Part shown: in pieces, positions 18,825-27,511 of the stretch
Layout of the letters: each line of letters begins with the position of its first letter
Position numbering within the stretch: position 1 is the first letter of the stretch
Source of the DNA: a virus
IMG/VR virus record: IMGVR_UViG_3300010965_000002
Span: 96,001-160,000 of that record
Strand: one strand, 5' to 3'
DNA: 64,000 nucleotides
Translations under genes and position numbers: made by a program
The notes under the pieces: generated by a model
Seen by the model: the letters and a program-made list of their open reading frames with translations, nothing else
Databases searched by the model: none
Told to the model about the DNA's origin: nothing

Positions 18825-19646
18825 ATGATGGACATCAATGAATTCAAAGACCGTTATGAACGGGACGGGGCCGTTTGGCCCATTAGCATTTTCTCTGCCG
18901 AAGAAATTGCTGGATACAAGCTCAAGCTCGATCAGGCGGTGGCCGACCTCGATTTGATGAACAGCGACTACCGTTGCAAGTCTCAGGTGTTGTTTCCGTG
19001 GGTGGCAGAGATTGCCAAGTCACCTAAGCTGACGCCATATCTGACGGCCTTGCTCGGTGACAGCTACCATTGCTGGGATACGTTGTTCTGGATTAAGCAA
19101 CCGGGCGATAACAAGCGCGTGAGCTTTCACCAAGACGGTACGTACTGGAACTTTGAACCTGAAAAAGGTCTGACCGTGTGGCTTTCGTTTGACGGTTCAA
19201 CCGCAGACAAGGGTGCTATTCAGTACGTCACTCAGCCTTACGTAAAGACCATTCGCAAGCATACTGACCGCAAAAGCAATGACAACCTGTTGATGCGTGG
19301 TCAGACACTCGACCGCAATCAGGAAGAAGTTGAGCACACCTGTATTGCCGAAGTGCCTGCTGGAAGCATCGCCATGCACAGTCCTTTCATCATGCACGGC
19401 TCTGTGCCAAACATGACAGATAACACACGGGCTGCGTGTGGCTTCTTGTTTGTCAAAGGTGATGCCAAGCCGCGTGAAGCGTATTCACCTGAGTCTACGC
19501 TGTGGATACACGGTGATGTACCTCCACATTTCATGCTGGACCCAGCACCAACTGGCGATTGGGAACTCGACAAGAGTGCGTGGCAAGCGGCCTATGATCG
19601 ACAACACGCAAACTACTACAAAATGAGGGAAGTAAATGCTGAATAA
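18825..19646 (+). CDS. Phytanoyl-CoA dioxygenase (PhyH) family oxygenase
   Basis: YERDG, FWIKQPG..SFHQDGTYW, LTVW, HSP..MHGS.PN, RAA. Confidence 0.93.
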   Translation: MMDINEFKDRYERDGAVWPISIFSAEEIAGYKLKLDQAVADLDLMNSDYRCKSQVLFPWVAEIAKSPKLTPYLTALLGDSYHCWDTLFWIKQPGDNKRVSFHQDGTYWNFEPEKGLTVWLSFDGSTADKGAIQYVTQPYVKTIRKHTDRKSNDNLLMRGQTLDRNQEEVEHTCIAEVPAGSIAMHSPFIMHGSVPNMTDNTRAACGFLFVKGDAKPREAYSPESTLWIHGDVPPHFMLDPAPTGDWELDKSAWQAAYDRQHANYYKMREVNAE

Positions 19647-20181
19647 ACTACACGCCTTCGTCTTTGGCGACTGGCGCGATAAGTCCACAGCGGTTGCAGG
19701 TACATTCGATGCTCCAGGTGTGTACGTGATGGCTGCCCGAGCACATGGCTTAAAAGGCTTGCTTGGTGGTCGTCACAGCTACATCGTTCACGTAAGCGGT
19801 GGGGGTGAACACACGGTGTTTGAAATAACCGACCGTGAGACATTGGGTTATCAAGGCGCTACAGAGTTCAAGAGCTACAAAACCAATCCAGGGTTCGACG
19901 AACCTGTGCTGTACCGTGTGCTGCGTAATGGCTATCAGGAATGGTTCGGTGCGCAGCCTTATGTTGTGTACCACACGCAAGTATGGCCTGAGCTTGTAGA
20001 CTTGGACGCGCTGTTTGAACTGTACCCGCACAAGAACGATCAGTTCAAGTTGTTCTACCTGAATTGCAACACGTTTGTTTCTTGGGGTGTCTATCTGGCA
20101 CGCATGATGGGGATTGACGCTTGCTTCCCTAAGACGTTTGGCACCAAGTCCGATGCTTATTGGGAGAAGTTCTATGTATGA
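19636..20181 (+). CDS. Permuted papain-like (PPPDE/DUF3750-like) protein
   Basis: HSYIV followed by Y....Y..F..NCNTFV gives a His...Cys dyad order. Confidence 0.55.
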   Translation: MLNKLHAFVFGDWRDKSTAVAGTFDAPGVYVMAARAHGLKGLLGGRHSYIVHVSGGGEHTVFEITDRETLGYQGATEFKSYKTNPGFDEPVLYRVLRNGYQEWFGAQPYVVYHTQVWPELVDLDALFELYPHKNDQFKLFYLNCNTFVSWGVYLARMMGIDACFPKTFGTKSDAYWEKFYV

Positions 20182-20572
20182 GTTTTCAATGACGTTCACC
20201 CGTAAAGATACGGCGGTGGAGTGGCCTATGACTATTGAGGACGATAATATCACGCAATTGTACGCTAGCCGACAGCGTGCCTTGCTGAGTTCTGTTGGCG
20301 TGGTGGGTGTGTTCACCAGTTTCACACCTGATGGTATGACAGCCAGAACGGTGACGGTATGGGAATCGACGGTAGCTTCGTCTCAGTTTCAATATGCAGA
20401 CAGAGAGGCGTTTATAGCTGCAATCAGTAAATACTGCAAGGACAATGACGTTAGCTTGGTAACGAATGCCGACTTTGTTCCTGACACAGAAGCCCTCAAG
20501 ATCAAGAAATTGGCTAACCGCTTGTCGCCAAGTGCAGCAGGTTTGGAACTGGCAAAGGTACTAGAACAATGA
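20174..20572 (+). CDS. Hypothetical protein
   Basis: Coupled ORF (ATG 20174) filling the operon. Confidence 0.55.
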   Translation: MYEFSMTFTRKDTAVEWPMTIEDDNITQLYASRQRALLSSVGVVGVFTSFTPDGMTARTVTVWESTVASSQFQYADREAFIAAISKYCKDNDVSLVTNADFVPDTEALKIKKLANRLSPSAAGLELAKVLEQ

Positions 20573-21804
20573 ACACGCTAGCGCATCGCATAAAAGAGTT
20601 GCTACCTCAAGGGTTTGCAACAATGTCAACCATTGATGCTGTGTCTGCGTCTAATGCCTTCATCTATGACAGTGAAGGCCGTCGGTACATCGACTTTGCA
20701 AGCTCCTCTTCGGCTATGAATCTGGGTCACCGTCATCCAGAAGTTGTCGAGGCCATGCAAGACCAGTTGGACAAATTTGTTCACACCTTCTTTCAGCAAG
20801 TGCCGTACAGCAGCTATCTGGATTTGGTTGAGGTGCTGCATCGTATTACACCTGGCGAGTTCCGCAAGAAGACAGTGCTGAATTCCACAGGCTGTGAAGC
20901 CGTTGAAACGGCTGTGCGTATTGCCAAGGCACATACCAAACGGCAGACCGTGTTGTGCTTCACAGGTTCGTTTCACGGTCGTAGCTTGCTAGGTTCTGCG
21001 CTGTCAAACAATGCAGGTACAGCCCTACACGATCTGAACAACATCGTGTGCGCCCCATTCGTGTCAATGGATGACGAGCCTTTCGATGCAATCGCGTATG
21101 CAAAGCAGTTGGCGAACCTAGTGCCGCTGGACAAGATAGCTGCGATCATCATTGAACCCGTGCAAGGCGAATCTGGTTTCAACGTGGTGCAGAAACCCTT
21201 CTTGGATTGGCTGCGTTGCCTTGCCACAAACAACGGTACAGTCCTAATCGTTGATGAAGTGCAATCAGGATTGGCGCGTACAGGTACCATGTTTGCCTTA
21301 GATCAGTATTACGTGGAGCCTGACATCATCTTGGTGTCGAAGACATTGGGTGGCGGCTTGCCGTTGTCAGCCGTTGTAGGCCGCGCAGAAATTATGGATG
21401 CGCCCACTACGTTTGGCGGTACATTCAGCGGTACACCTTTGGCAGTTGCGGCGGCATTACGCGTTATTGAGGTCATCGAGACTCAGCAAGTGTGCCGTAC
21501 CTCACAGACGTTGGGTGTACTGTGCATGAGCAGACTGCAGGACTTCGCCAAGTACCCTTTCGTCAAAAAGATGCGCGGCTTAGGCTCAATGCTGTCGTTG
21601 GAAATCGACGTGGAGAATTATCCTCAGTTGACGACCACCATACAACGTCGGGCACGCGACAACGGCTTGCTGTTGCTGAGTGCAGGTATCAACAAGTCGC
21701 GCATTCGGTTCCTGTATCCGCTGACGATTGAAAAATCGGTGCTAGACGAAGGACTGACCATACTCGACAACGTATTCAAGGAACTTGCGAATGAACTACG
21801 GTAA
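20569..21804 (+). CDS. Class III PLP aminotransferase (GabT/4-aminobutyrate aminotransferase-like)
   Basis: YIDFAS, STGCEAVETAV, FTGSFHGRS, IIEPVQGESG, DEVQSGLARTG, SKTLGGGLP. Confidence 0.93.
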   Translation: MNTLAHRIKELLPQGFATMSTIDAVSASNAFIYDSEGRRYIDFASSSSAMNLGHRHPEVVEAMQDQLDKFVHTFFQQVPYSSYLDLVEVLHRITPGEFRKKTVLNSTGCEAVETAVRIAKAHTKRQTVLCFTGSFHGRSLLGSALSNNAGTALHDLNNIVCAPFVSMDDEPFDAIAYAKQLANLVPLDKIAAIIIEPVQGESGFNVVQKPFLDWLRCLATNNGTVLIVDEVQSGLARTGTMFALDQYYVEPDIILVSKTLGGGLPLSAVVGRAEIMDAPTTFGGTFSGTPLAVAAALRVIEVIETQQVCRTSQTLGVLCMSRLQDFAKYPFVKKMRGLGSMLSLEIDVENYPQLTTTIQRRARDNGLLLLSAGINKSRIRFLYPLTIEKSVLDEGLTILDNVFKELANELR

Positions 21805-22801
21805 GTATAGCCTTGACGACCACTACCGTTGGGGCTTTGGTGATTCTTGGTTCAACATGCCAGAGAATCCACGGGATTGCTTTCGAGTGTCTCTGGGTTC
21901 GTGCAAACGTGGACCTCTGTCGCTGCGTGAAGAATGCGTTATTGCTGCAAAGCAGTTGTCTGAAACGATTACCAAGCCTCTGTTGGTGGGACTATCCGGT
22001 GGCTTTGACAGTCAGGTGGTGTGTCTCTCTTTCATGGCGGCTGGCGTACCGTTCACACCTGTGGTGCTGCGCTTAACCAGCGATAGCGGGGCGTTTTACA
22101 ACCAGACTGACTACGCTAACGCCATGAAGTTCTGTAGCCTCAAAGGCATTGTGCCTTTGGTGGAGACACTGAACCTGGACGAGTTCTATCGTGGTGAAGG
22201 TCTGCGGCTCATTCAGGACAACTGCATCACGGTGGCTGAGATAGCTGTGCAACTGCACTTGGTAATCAAGTACAAGGACACTCATGCGTATGTCAACGGA
22301 GGCGGTGACCCTACGCTCTCGTTCATGAATGGCAAGCTGGTGTACTCGCTTATGCCTACTCCGATTCAACAGTACATGATTAACAACGGCATCGAAGGAT
22401 GTCTCAAGTTTTTCATGTATTCGCCTGAACAGATAGCGGCGTATCTGCAACATCCTGTGATGCAGATGTACAACGCGGGCTGCGAGACACTACACGACGG
22501 CTACAAAGGTCCAAACATCTTTACGTTCGTGGTCAAGCCCATGATGTACTTGAACCAGTGGCCGGAGTTGGTGCAGCGAAAGAAACAGACAGGCTTTGAG
22601 CAAGTTCCCTACTTTGCAAAAATGCGGGAGCTTACATTTAGCTTGAACGAGCACATAAATCCAAGGGCGAAGAAGATCACTTGGACCTATGAGCAATTAG
22701 TTGACCACCTAATGAATGGTCAAGGCGCGATTAAAACATGGAGAAGTGTTGATGAACACGATACATCTGGACCCTACCCTAGCGTATTCACAAGCGTTTA
22801 A
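21785..22801 (+). CDS. Stand-alone N-type ATP pyrophosphatase #2
   Basis: VGLSGGFDSQ PP-loop and NGGGDP; paralog of 4490. Confidence 0.75.
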   Translation: MRMNYGKYSLDDHYRWGFGDSWFNMPENPRDCFRVSLGSCKRGPLSLREECVIAAKQLSETITKPLLVGLSGGFDSQVVCLSFMAAGVPFTPVVLRLTSDSGAFYNQTDYANAMKFCSLKGIVPLVETLNLDEFYRGEGLRLIQDNCITVAEIAVQLHLVIKYKDTHAYVNGGGDPTLSFMNGKLVYSLMPTPIQQYMINNGIEGCLKFFMYSPEQIAAYLQHPVMQMYNAGCETLHDGYKGPNIFTFVVKPMMYLNQWPELVQRKKQTGFEQVPYFAKMRELTFSLNEHINPRAKKITWTYEQLVDHLMNGQGAIKTWRSVDEHDTSGPYPSVFTSV

Positions 22802-23162
22802 CTTTGTGATGCGTGAGTGGGTCAGAATGCTTGAAGCAGGTACCGCGAGCCAAGAACTTTGCTTTAGCAATGCAACCTCAGTGGTGTATGCTAAAGATGA
22901 CCAAGACAAGGTTGTTGGTGCCATCCTGTTTTCAGTGGATGACACGAAACGTCAAGGCTGGATTTATCTGGCTATGGTTGACGCTGACAGACGCAAGCAG
23001 CATCTGTATCAGGACATGTATGCGTTGGTTGAACAGGAATGCAAACGCAGAGGTGCCGTTACCCTGTCGTCGAATGTGCATGTGTCCAACACACCAATGC
23101 TTAACGCGTTGAAGAAGAATGGGCGTGAAGCTCAGTGGTTGAAGACGACCAAAGCCCTGTGA
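22752..23162 (+). CDS. GNAT acetyltransferase
   Basis: VDADRRKQHLY, NVHVSNTPM; paralog of 18377. Confidence 0.85.
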   Translation: MNTIHLDPTLAYSQAFNFVMREWVRMLEAGTASQELCFSNATSVVYAKDDQDKVVGAILFSVDDTKRQGWIYLAMVDADRRKQHLYQDMYALVEQECKRRGAVTLSSNVHVSNTPMLNALKKNGREAQWLKTTKAL

Positions 23163-23170
23163 CACAAAAT

Positions 23171-23210
23171 AAAAAGCCCCAGCAGATTCTTAGTCTGTCT
23201 GGGGCTTTTT
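23171..23210. terminator. Bidirectional rho-independent terminator
   Basis: AAAAAGCCCCAG...CTGGGGCTTTTT between the convergent cluster and the endolysin. Confidence 0.85.
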
Positions 23211-23309
23211 GCGTTCACAGGCTTGTGACTTTGAACAGTGCAAAGGCAACGGCTATGGGAGCGTTGACCAGTAGTGCGAGTGTCCAAAAGATCAAAGGGA
23301 TTTCAATCA

Positions 23310-23798
23310 TCAGTAACCTGTGCAAAATTGGAAGTGCATCGGGTCGCAGTTTGCACCACTCCAATCACCACCCCATTTCCAACCGAACTCACGGAACACC
23401 GCAACAACGGCCATAGGCATATCACCACGCGAACCCATCTGGTTTGTGGCAGTGTTCAAATCAATGGCAATACCCCACGAGTGGGTGCTGTATTTGGCTA
23501 CTCCACGCTTGGCGCGGTAAGCATACGCACCTCCATAAGTCTTGATTTGAGGGGCCAAACCACGGTCATTGAGGGCCTTAAACGTCGCTTGTAGCACCTC
23601 AACTAACGCCTTATTTACGCGCATGGACGATACACGTACTTTAGGGTCCCAAGCCAGTGGAATGCTAAAGGGTATAGGAACAGCCACCATTCGCTCGGTT
23701 TCCCACCGTGGGTCTACCGTGCCGTCTGGACGGACATAGTCCTTGAGAGAACCAAACGTTGCGTTGATGGCATTAAGCCCATTGGGTGCGGTTAACAT
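23310..23798 (-). CDS. Endolysin, peptidase M15 family
   Basis: YAYR...STHSWGIAIDLN...DPMHFQ Zn motifs; AAGGA RBS before ATG 23798. Confidence 0.9.
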   Translation of the reverse strand: MLTAPNGLNAINATFGSLKDYVRPDGTVDPRWETERMVAVPIPFSIPLAWDPKVRVSSMRVNKALVEVLQATFKALNDRGLAPQIKTYGGAYAYRAKRGVAKYSTHSWGIAIDLNTATNQMGSRGDMPMAVVAVFREFGWKWGGDWSGANCDPMHFQFCTGY

Positions 23799-24339
23799 GT
23801 GGGAGTCCTTGTTGATTGTGAAGCTGTTGCATGTTCCGCTGCCAACAGGCAAACCGTTGTGGAATGCGATCAGGCCAACCGATGAACTCAGTTGTTGCGG
23901 AGGCGAAGTTTGTACGCGCTAAGTCTGCACAACGACGACCTTGGCGTTTATTCCAAAGCCATATCCAACTGCGGTAGCTAAGACCCATTTCAAGCAAATG
24001 GTCAGGCTCTGAGATACAGTCCACACCACTCCAACAGGAGAACTGGTGATACACTGCACGACCTACAAGCCGGCCCCAGCCACGCTGACGATAGAGTTCT
24101 TGATCGTCTGGATGGGTGTTGCCGAATATAGGACTATCGTACAAGCGTTGGTGCGGTATGTGCTCAGGACTCCAAGGCTCAGCAATGAATGCCAGCGCAT
24201 CAGAATCAACAACAAGTTGGGCTGCGAAGAAAGCTACGTGGTGTGGAAGAAAGTTCTCCTCCACGATTGTCTGATCTATTAGACGCGCAGTACGGGAGTC
24301 ACTGCGTTCAAATAGTTGACCAAGAACTCTGGGTAACAT
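23773..24339 (-). CDS. Hypothetical protein
   Basis: Only long ORF filling the minus-strand operon gap; no motif recognised. Confidence 0.45.
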   Translation of the reverse strand: MLPRVLGQLFERSDSRTARLIDQTIVEENFLPHHVAFFAAQLVVDSDALAFIAEPWSPEHIPHQRLYDSPIFGNTHPDDQELYRQRGWGRLVGRAVYHQFSCWSGVDCISEPDHLLEMGLSYRSWIWLWNKRQGRRCADLARTNFASATTEFIGWPDRIPQRFACWQRNMQQLHNQQGLPHVNRTQWA

Positions 24340-24342
24340 ACG

Positions 24343-24798
24343 TCACAACGCCTTGTCTCGGTGGCGCAATACTTCTGCTGTCCACGCGTTAAGGAATTTG
24401 TCGTCTGCTACTGTAACCCACTGCTCTCGCAGTTTATTGAGCGTCACTACATGAGGTACGTTCAAGCTGGTGTCAAACTGGCGGGCTGTCAAATCAATTG
24501 TCCAGCGGCCAATGCCTACAACGTAGTGACTCCACTTGTCACGTCGTTTCTCAGCCCACTTTGGATGCGGATTTGGATACGCTGGCGCAGGACAGTTCTG
24601 GATGTGAACCAATCGTGCTTTGAACCCACGTTGTCGCAAGAAAAGTACAAGCTCATACGAGGCAAACTTGCATTTGTTGTACGCGCCCCGTTGTGTTTGC
24701 AGCTTTGGAAAAGATCGGGCAAACTCACGAATGAGTGAAGCCAGATGCTTGCCTTTGCTTGGATGCGGTTGCGGTTTGTTTGTGTCTAGGACTTTCAT
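24343..24798 (-). CDS. Transglutaminase/papain-like protein
   Basis: NKCKFAS...WSHYVV...IDLTARQF Cys-His-Asp order. Confidence 0.65.
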   Translation of the reverse strand: MKVLDTNKPQPHPSKGKHLASLIREFARSFPKLQTQRGAYNKCKFASYELVLFLRQRGFKARLVHIQNCPAPAYPNPHPKWAEKRRDKWSHYVVGIGRWTIDLTARQFDTSLNVPHVVTLNKLREQWVTVADDKFLNAWTAEVLRHRDKAL

Positions 24799-25070
24799 GC
24801 CTTGCTTTCTGTTTTTGGTACTGCGTCACCACAGCGTATCTTCCCATGGAATAACGGTGGTGGCAGCACACGATGTTTTGGACTACGAGGCACGTAGCTA
24901 AAGATACGTCCGTCTTCGATATACAGGAAGTGTGGAAACATACCCCAGTAGCTTTTGCGCATGGCAACATATCCGTGCTTGCCAGCCCTACGTCTACCGA
25001 TGTATGTCCCAACCGCCCAGAACAAGCAGTTGCTCAGTTTCATTATTGGTAAGCTCTCAACTAGGTCCAA
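24795..25070 (-). CDS. Small hypothetical protein
   Basis: Coupled ORF; SNCLFWA...FPHFL. Confidence 0.55.
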   Translation of the reverse strand: MDLVESLPIMKLSNCLFWAVGTYIGRRRAGKHGYVAMRKSYWGMFPHFLYIEDGRIFSYVPRSPKHRVLPPPLFHGKIRCGDAVPKTESKA

Positions 25071-25258
25071 CGCTGGTCAGGACATTTAGCCCGCTCACGT
25101 TGAACCAGTATTTCAATAAAGCAGTTGTTTAGACTGCACAAGCTACTTACCTTATAGGTACATTCGACGCAGACGGAACTGCGTTGACAGGCTGTTTCCC
25201 TATCAACGTTGCCGCCAGGTAATTGCACCAGTGCGTATGCTGCTCTGAGCAGGGACAT
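25061..25258 (-). CDS. Cys-rich small protein (DUF6171-like)
   Basis: R..VCVEC......CSLNNCF........CPDQRW. Confidence 0.55.
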   Translation of the reverse strand: MSLLRAAYALVQLPGGNVDRETACQRSSVCVECTYKVSSLCSLNNCFIEILVQRERAKCPDQRWT

Positions 25259-25261
25259 TAC

Positions 25262-25738
25262 TCAGACTGAGATTGGCAACAGAAAGGGACTTAGTTCCAG
25301 TACACCTGGAACAATGCGAGAGGCTGCGCGGTTCAACATTGTTGTTTTACCCGCAAGTGCTGTTGCAGCAACCAACTCAGAGCAGAACCAGCTATCGTCC
25401 TGCTGCCAGTTACGGTTAGGTGCTAAGAAGCCGAACACACCGCTCCAATCATAAGGCTTGCCAAGCTGCTGCTGTGCAAACGCAAACGCTGCACCTTCAT
25501 CCCAAATGTGCAGATCGTAAATCTTGTACTCGGCAATGTTAGACTGAGAGAGCCTTGCGCTAAGAGTGGTTTGCTGTACGCCACCTCGCCAAGTCTCACC
25601 AGCATGAAAGCCTACCGCACCGATCAAAATGTTGTTGTCGAATACCATGTCAACATGGTTCCACTTGCTAAGGGTTGCCGTTCGTATGGCTAACCCGACA
25701 GCAGTGTTGCTACGACTGAAAACAAGTTTCATTATCAA
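25262..25738 (-). CDS. Permuted NlpC/P60 (YiiX/YebB-like) amidase
   Basis: WNHVDM...GKPYDWSG...WFCSELVA. Confidence 0.85.
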   Translation of the reverse strand: MIMKLVFSRSNTAVGLAIRTATLSKWNHVDMVFDNNILIGAVGFHAGETWRGGVQQTTLSARLSQSNIAEYKIYDLHIWDEGAAFAFAQQQLGKPYDWSGVFGFLAPNRNWQQDDSWFCSELVAATALAGKTTMLNRAASRIVPGVLELSPFLLPISV

Positions 25739-26283
25739 GCACCTGGTTTTCGTAACGCTTCTAAAGAGGCTACGGCTGTGTTGTAGATAGTCACGATAGG
25801 TTCAATGGCTGTGGCAGCACCAATACCAGTGGTAGCTGTCAGCCTCACCTTGCGAACCAGTGTCAGAATCATCTTTAACTGGACGGCAGCGGCCAATATG
25901 CTATTGGCGACTAAGGTGTAGTCCGTTGTACCCAAGATTTGACCGTAATCGGAGATTGTGGTCGGCACTGGGGCTTGGAAGCCTCGTGCTTTGTAGTCGA
26001 GTGCTTCGACCTCAGCTAATCTGTATTCTTCAACGACGAAAAGACCGTCGCTGAGATACGAGTTGCGCACGTCACCACTGAGGTTGTTAACACGACTGAT
26101 GATGTCCTGTTTGATAAGTTTTAGCACGCCTGCCGCTATGTCTGTTGCAGAAGGGCGCGCACCTTTTGAATCGTTCCAAGCAAGAACAGTACCATCTACA
26201 TCAAGGATAAAGTCTTTGCCGCTAGTAGCCTTGAACTGACGCTCAATGAACGTCGTTGCATAGGCAGGAATGTTAAAGTCCAT
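25735..26283 (-). CDS. Tail fibre assembly-like protein
   Basis: Follows fibre genes; EEYRLAEVEA..Y pattern shared with 429..1025. Confidence 0.45.
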   Translation of the reverse strand: MDFNIPAYATTFIERQFKATSGKDFILDVDGTVLAWNDSKGARPSATDIAAGVLKLIKQDIISRVNNLSGDVRNSYLSDGLFVVEEYRLAEVEALDYKARGFQAPVPTTISDYGQILGTTDYTLVANSILAAAVQLKMILTLVRKVRLTATTGIGAATAIEPIVTIYNTAVASLEALRKPGA

Positions 26284-26304
26284 AGGTTCCCCCGAGAATG
26301 TATT

Positions 26305-27441
26305 TTACTGGTCAGTCTCAACTGTCCAGCCTAGAGAAGCCAAAGCAAAGGTACCCGTCGTGGTGTTGTTGGTCATGAACTTCCACGGCAGCAGGAATGC
26401 AGTGTTTGCAGGTATGTTTGTTGTTAGTGTACCTGAAAATTCTGCGTTAGAGGTCATGTTTTTAACACGGTAGCCTATGCCAGTACCGTTTGGAGCACCG
26501 AACAGGGTCAACTCCAAAATGTCAGGCGTGTTCACAGGGAACGAAGCGCCAAGAGCCAGCACTGTGGGCGCTGTGCCTGAAGCGTTGTTCACCAAATTCC
26601 AGTTACCAGTGTTGGTGTTAACTGCGAGGCCAATCTTACCTGGTGTGGTACTGGTCGTGGGGTCGATGTTTGTTGGTGCTGCGGTACTATCGGAAACGCC
26701 TACAAACACACGCTGTGTAGCTACCAGGGTGACTAACGCGAAACGTTCACAGTACATAAAGCCGCCAAGACCCGCAGCGTTACCGCGCCACATTAACGTA
26801 GCCGAGGCGCGTTGACTGATTAACGTACCTGCGGTTGTTGCCGCAGCAGTAAACAGCGTTCGTCGGGTTGATGCTAACAGGTTTGTTGAGGCTAACGCCG
26901 GGGTACTAAGCGTACCAACGTTCGTTACCGTGGTACCTATGACAGTTTGTGATGTAGTAGCTGCAGGACGCACAAACACGATACTGTTAAACATCAGTGC
27001 TTGTTGAAACGGCATGTCCCAGCCACTGGGACCAACCCATTTAGGCCAAAGACGACCAGCAATAGACTTCGCGTACAGCAGCAACGTACCAGCCGCAGGC
27101 GCAGCAGGTTCAGTTGTAATGGCATTCAGCAGAATCTTTGGATTCGTACCAATCAAGGACAGAACGTTGTTTACGCTGTCATAGGTGAAGTTCGACGACG
27201 CACCAAAAGCACCTGCATTGTTGTACTGGATTTGTGTCGTAGCACCAGCCGGTGTGCCACCACCACCTATCTCACTCTCTTTGGCAAAAGCCTCATAAGC
27301 AGATGTGCTTGTACCGATGGCAAACCGATTTTCATCTGTGATAAGGTACGGTTCTCCTTGTCGCAGATTTACGGCTACGCCTTGCGCATTAAGAGCGGCT
27401 CTTGTAGTGCGTAAGATTTTTATTGAATTGTTACGTGCCAT
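26305..27441 (-). CDS. Tail fibre/virion structural protein
   Basis: IKILR...GEP....ENRFAIG N-terminal anchor; PAGATTQIQYNNAGAFG; Thr/Ala/Gly-rich lectin-like C-terminus. Confidence 0.7.
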   Translation of the reverse strand: MARNNSIKILRTTRAALNAQGVAVNLRQGEPYLITDENRFAIGTSTSAYEAFAKESEIGGGGTPAGATTQIQYNNAGAFGASSNFTYDSVNNVLSLIGTNPKILLNAITTEPAAPAAGTLLLYAKSIAGRLWPKWVGPSGWDMPFQQALMFNSIVFVRPAATTSQTVIGTTVTNVGTLSTPALASTNLLASTRRTLFTAAATTAGTLISQRASATLMWRGNAAGLGGFMYCERFALVTLVATQRVFVGVSDSTAAPTNIDPTTSTTPGKIGLAVNTNTGNWNLVNNASGTAPTVLALGASFPVNTPDILELTLFGAPNGTGIGYRVKNMTSNAEFSGTLTTNIPANTAFLLPWKFMTNNTTTGTFALASLGWTVETDQ

Positions 27442-27511
27442 GAAATGTCCAATGTCAGGTTAGACGTGGGCTGTTTTTATTAGTCCCACGTCCGATTAAG
27501 CCACCGTTGGA

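Noticed and set aside
1-23162. Complete TOMM/azole or lasso-peptide pathway
   Set aside because: No YcaO, no transglutaminase-type lasso B protein and no classical leader peptide were found. The nitroreductase is NfsA-like, not clearly SagB/McbC-like.
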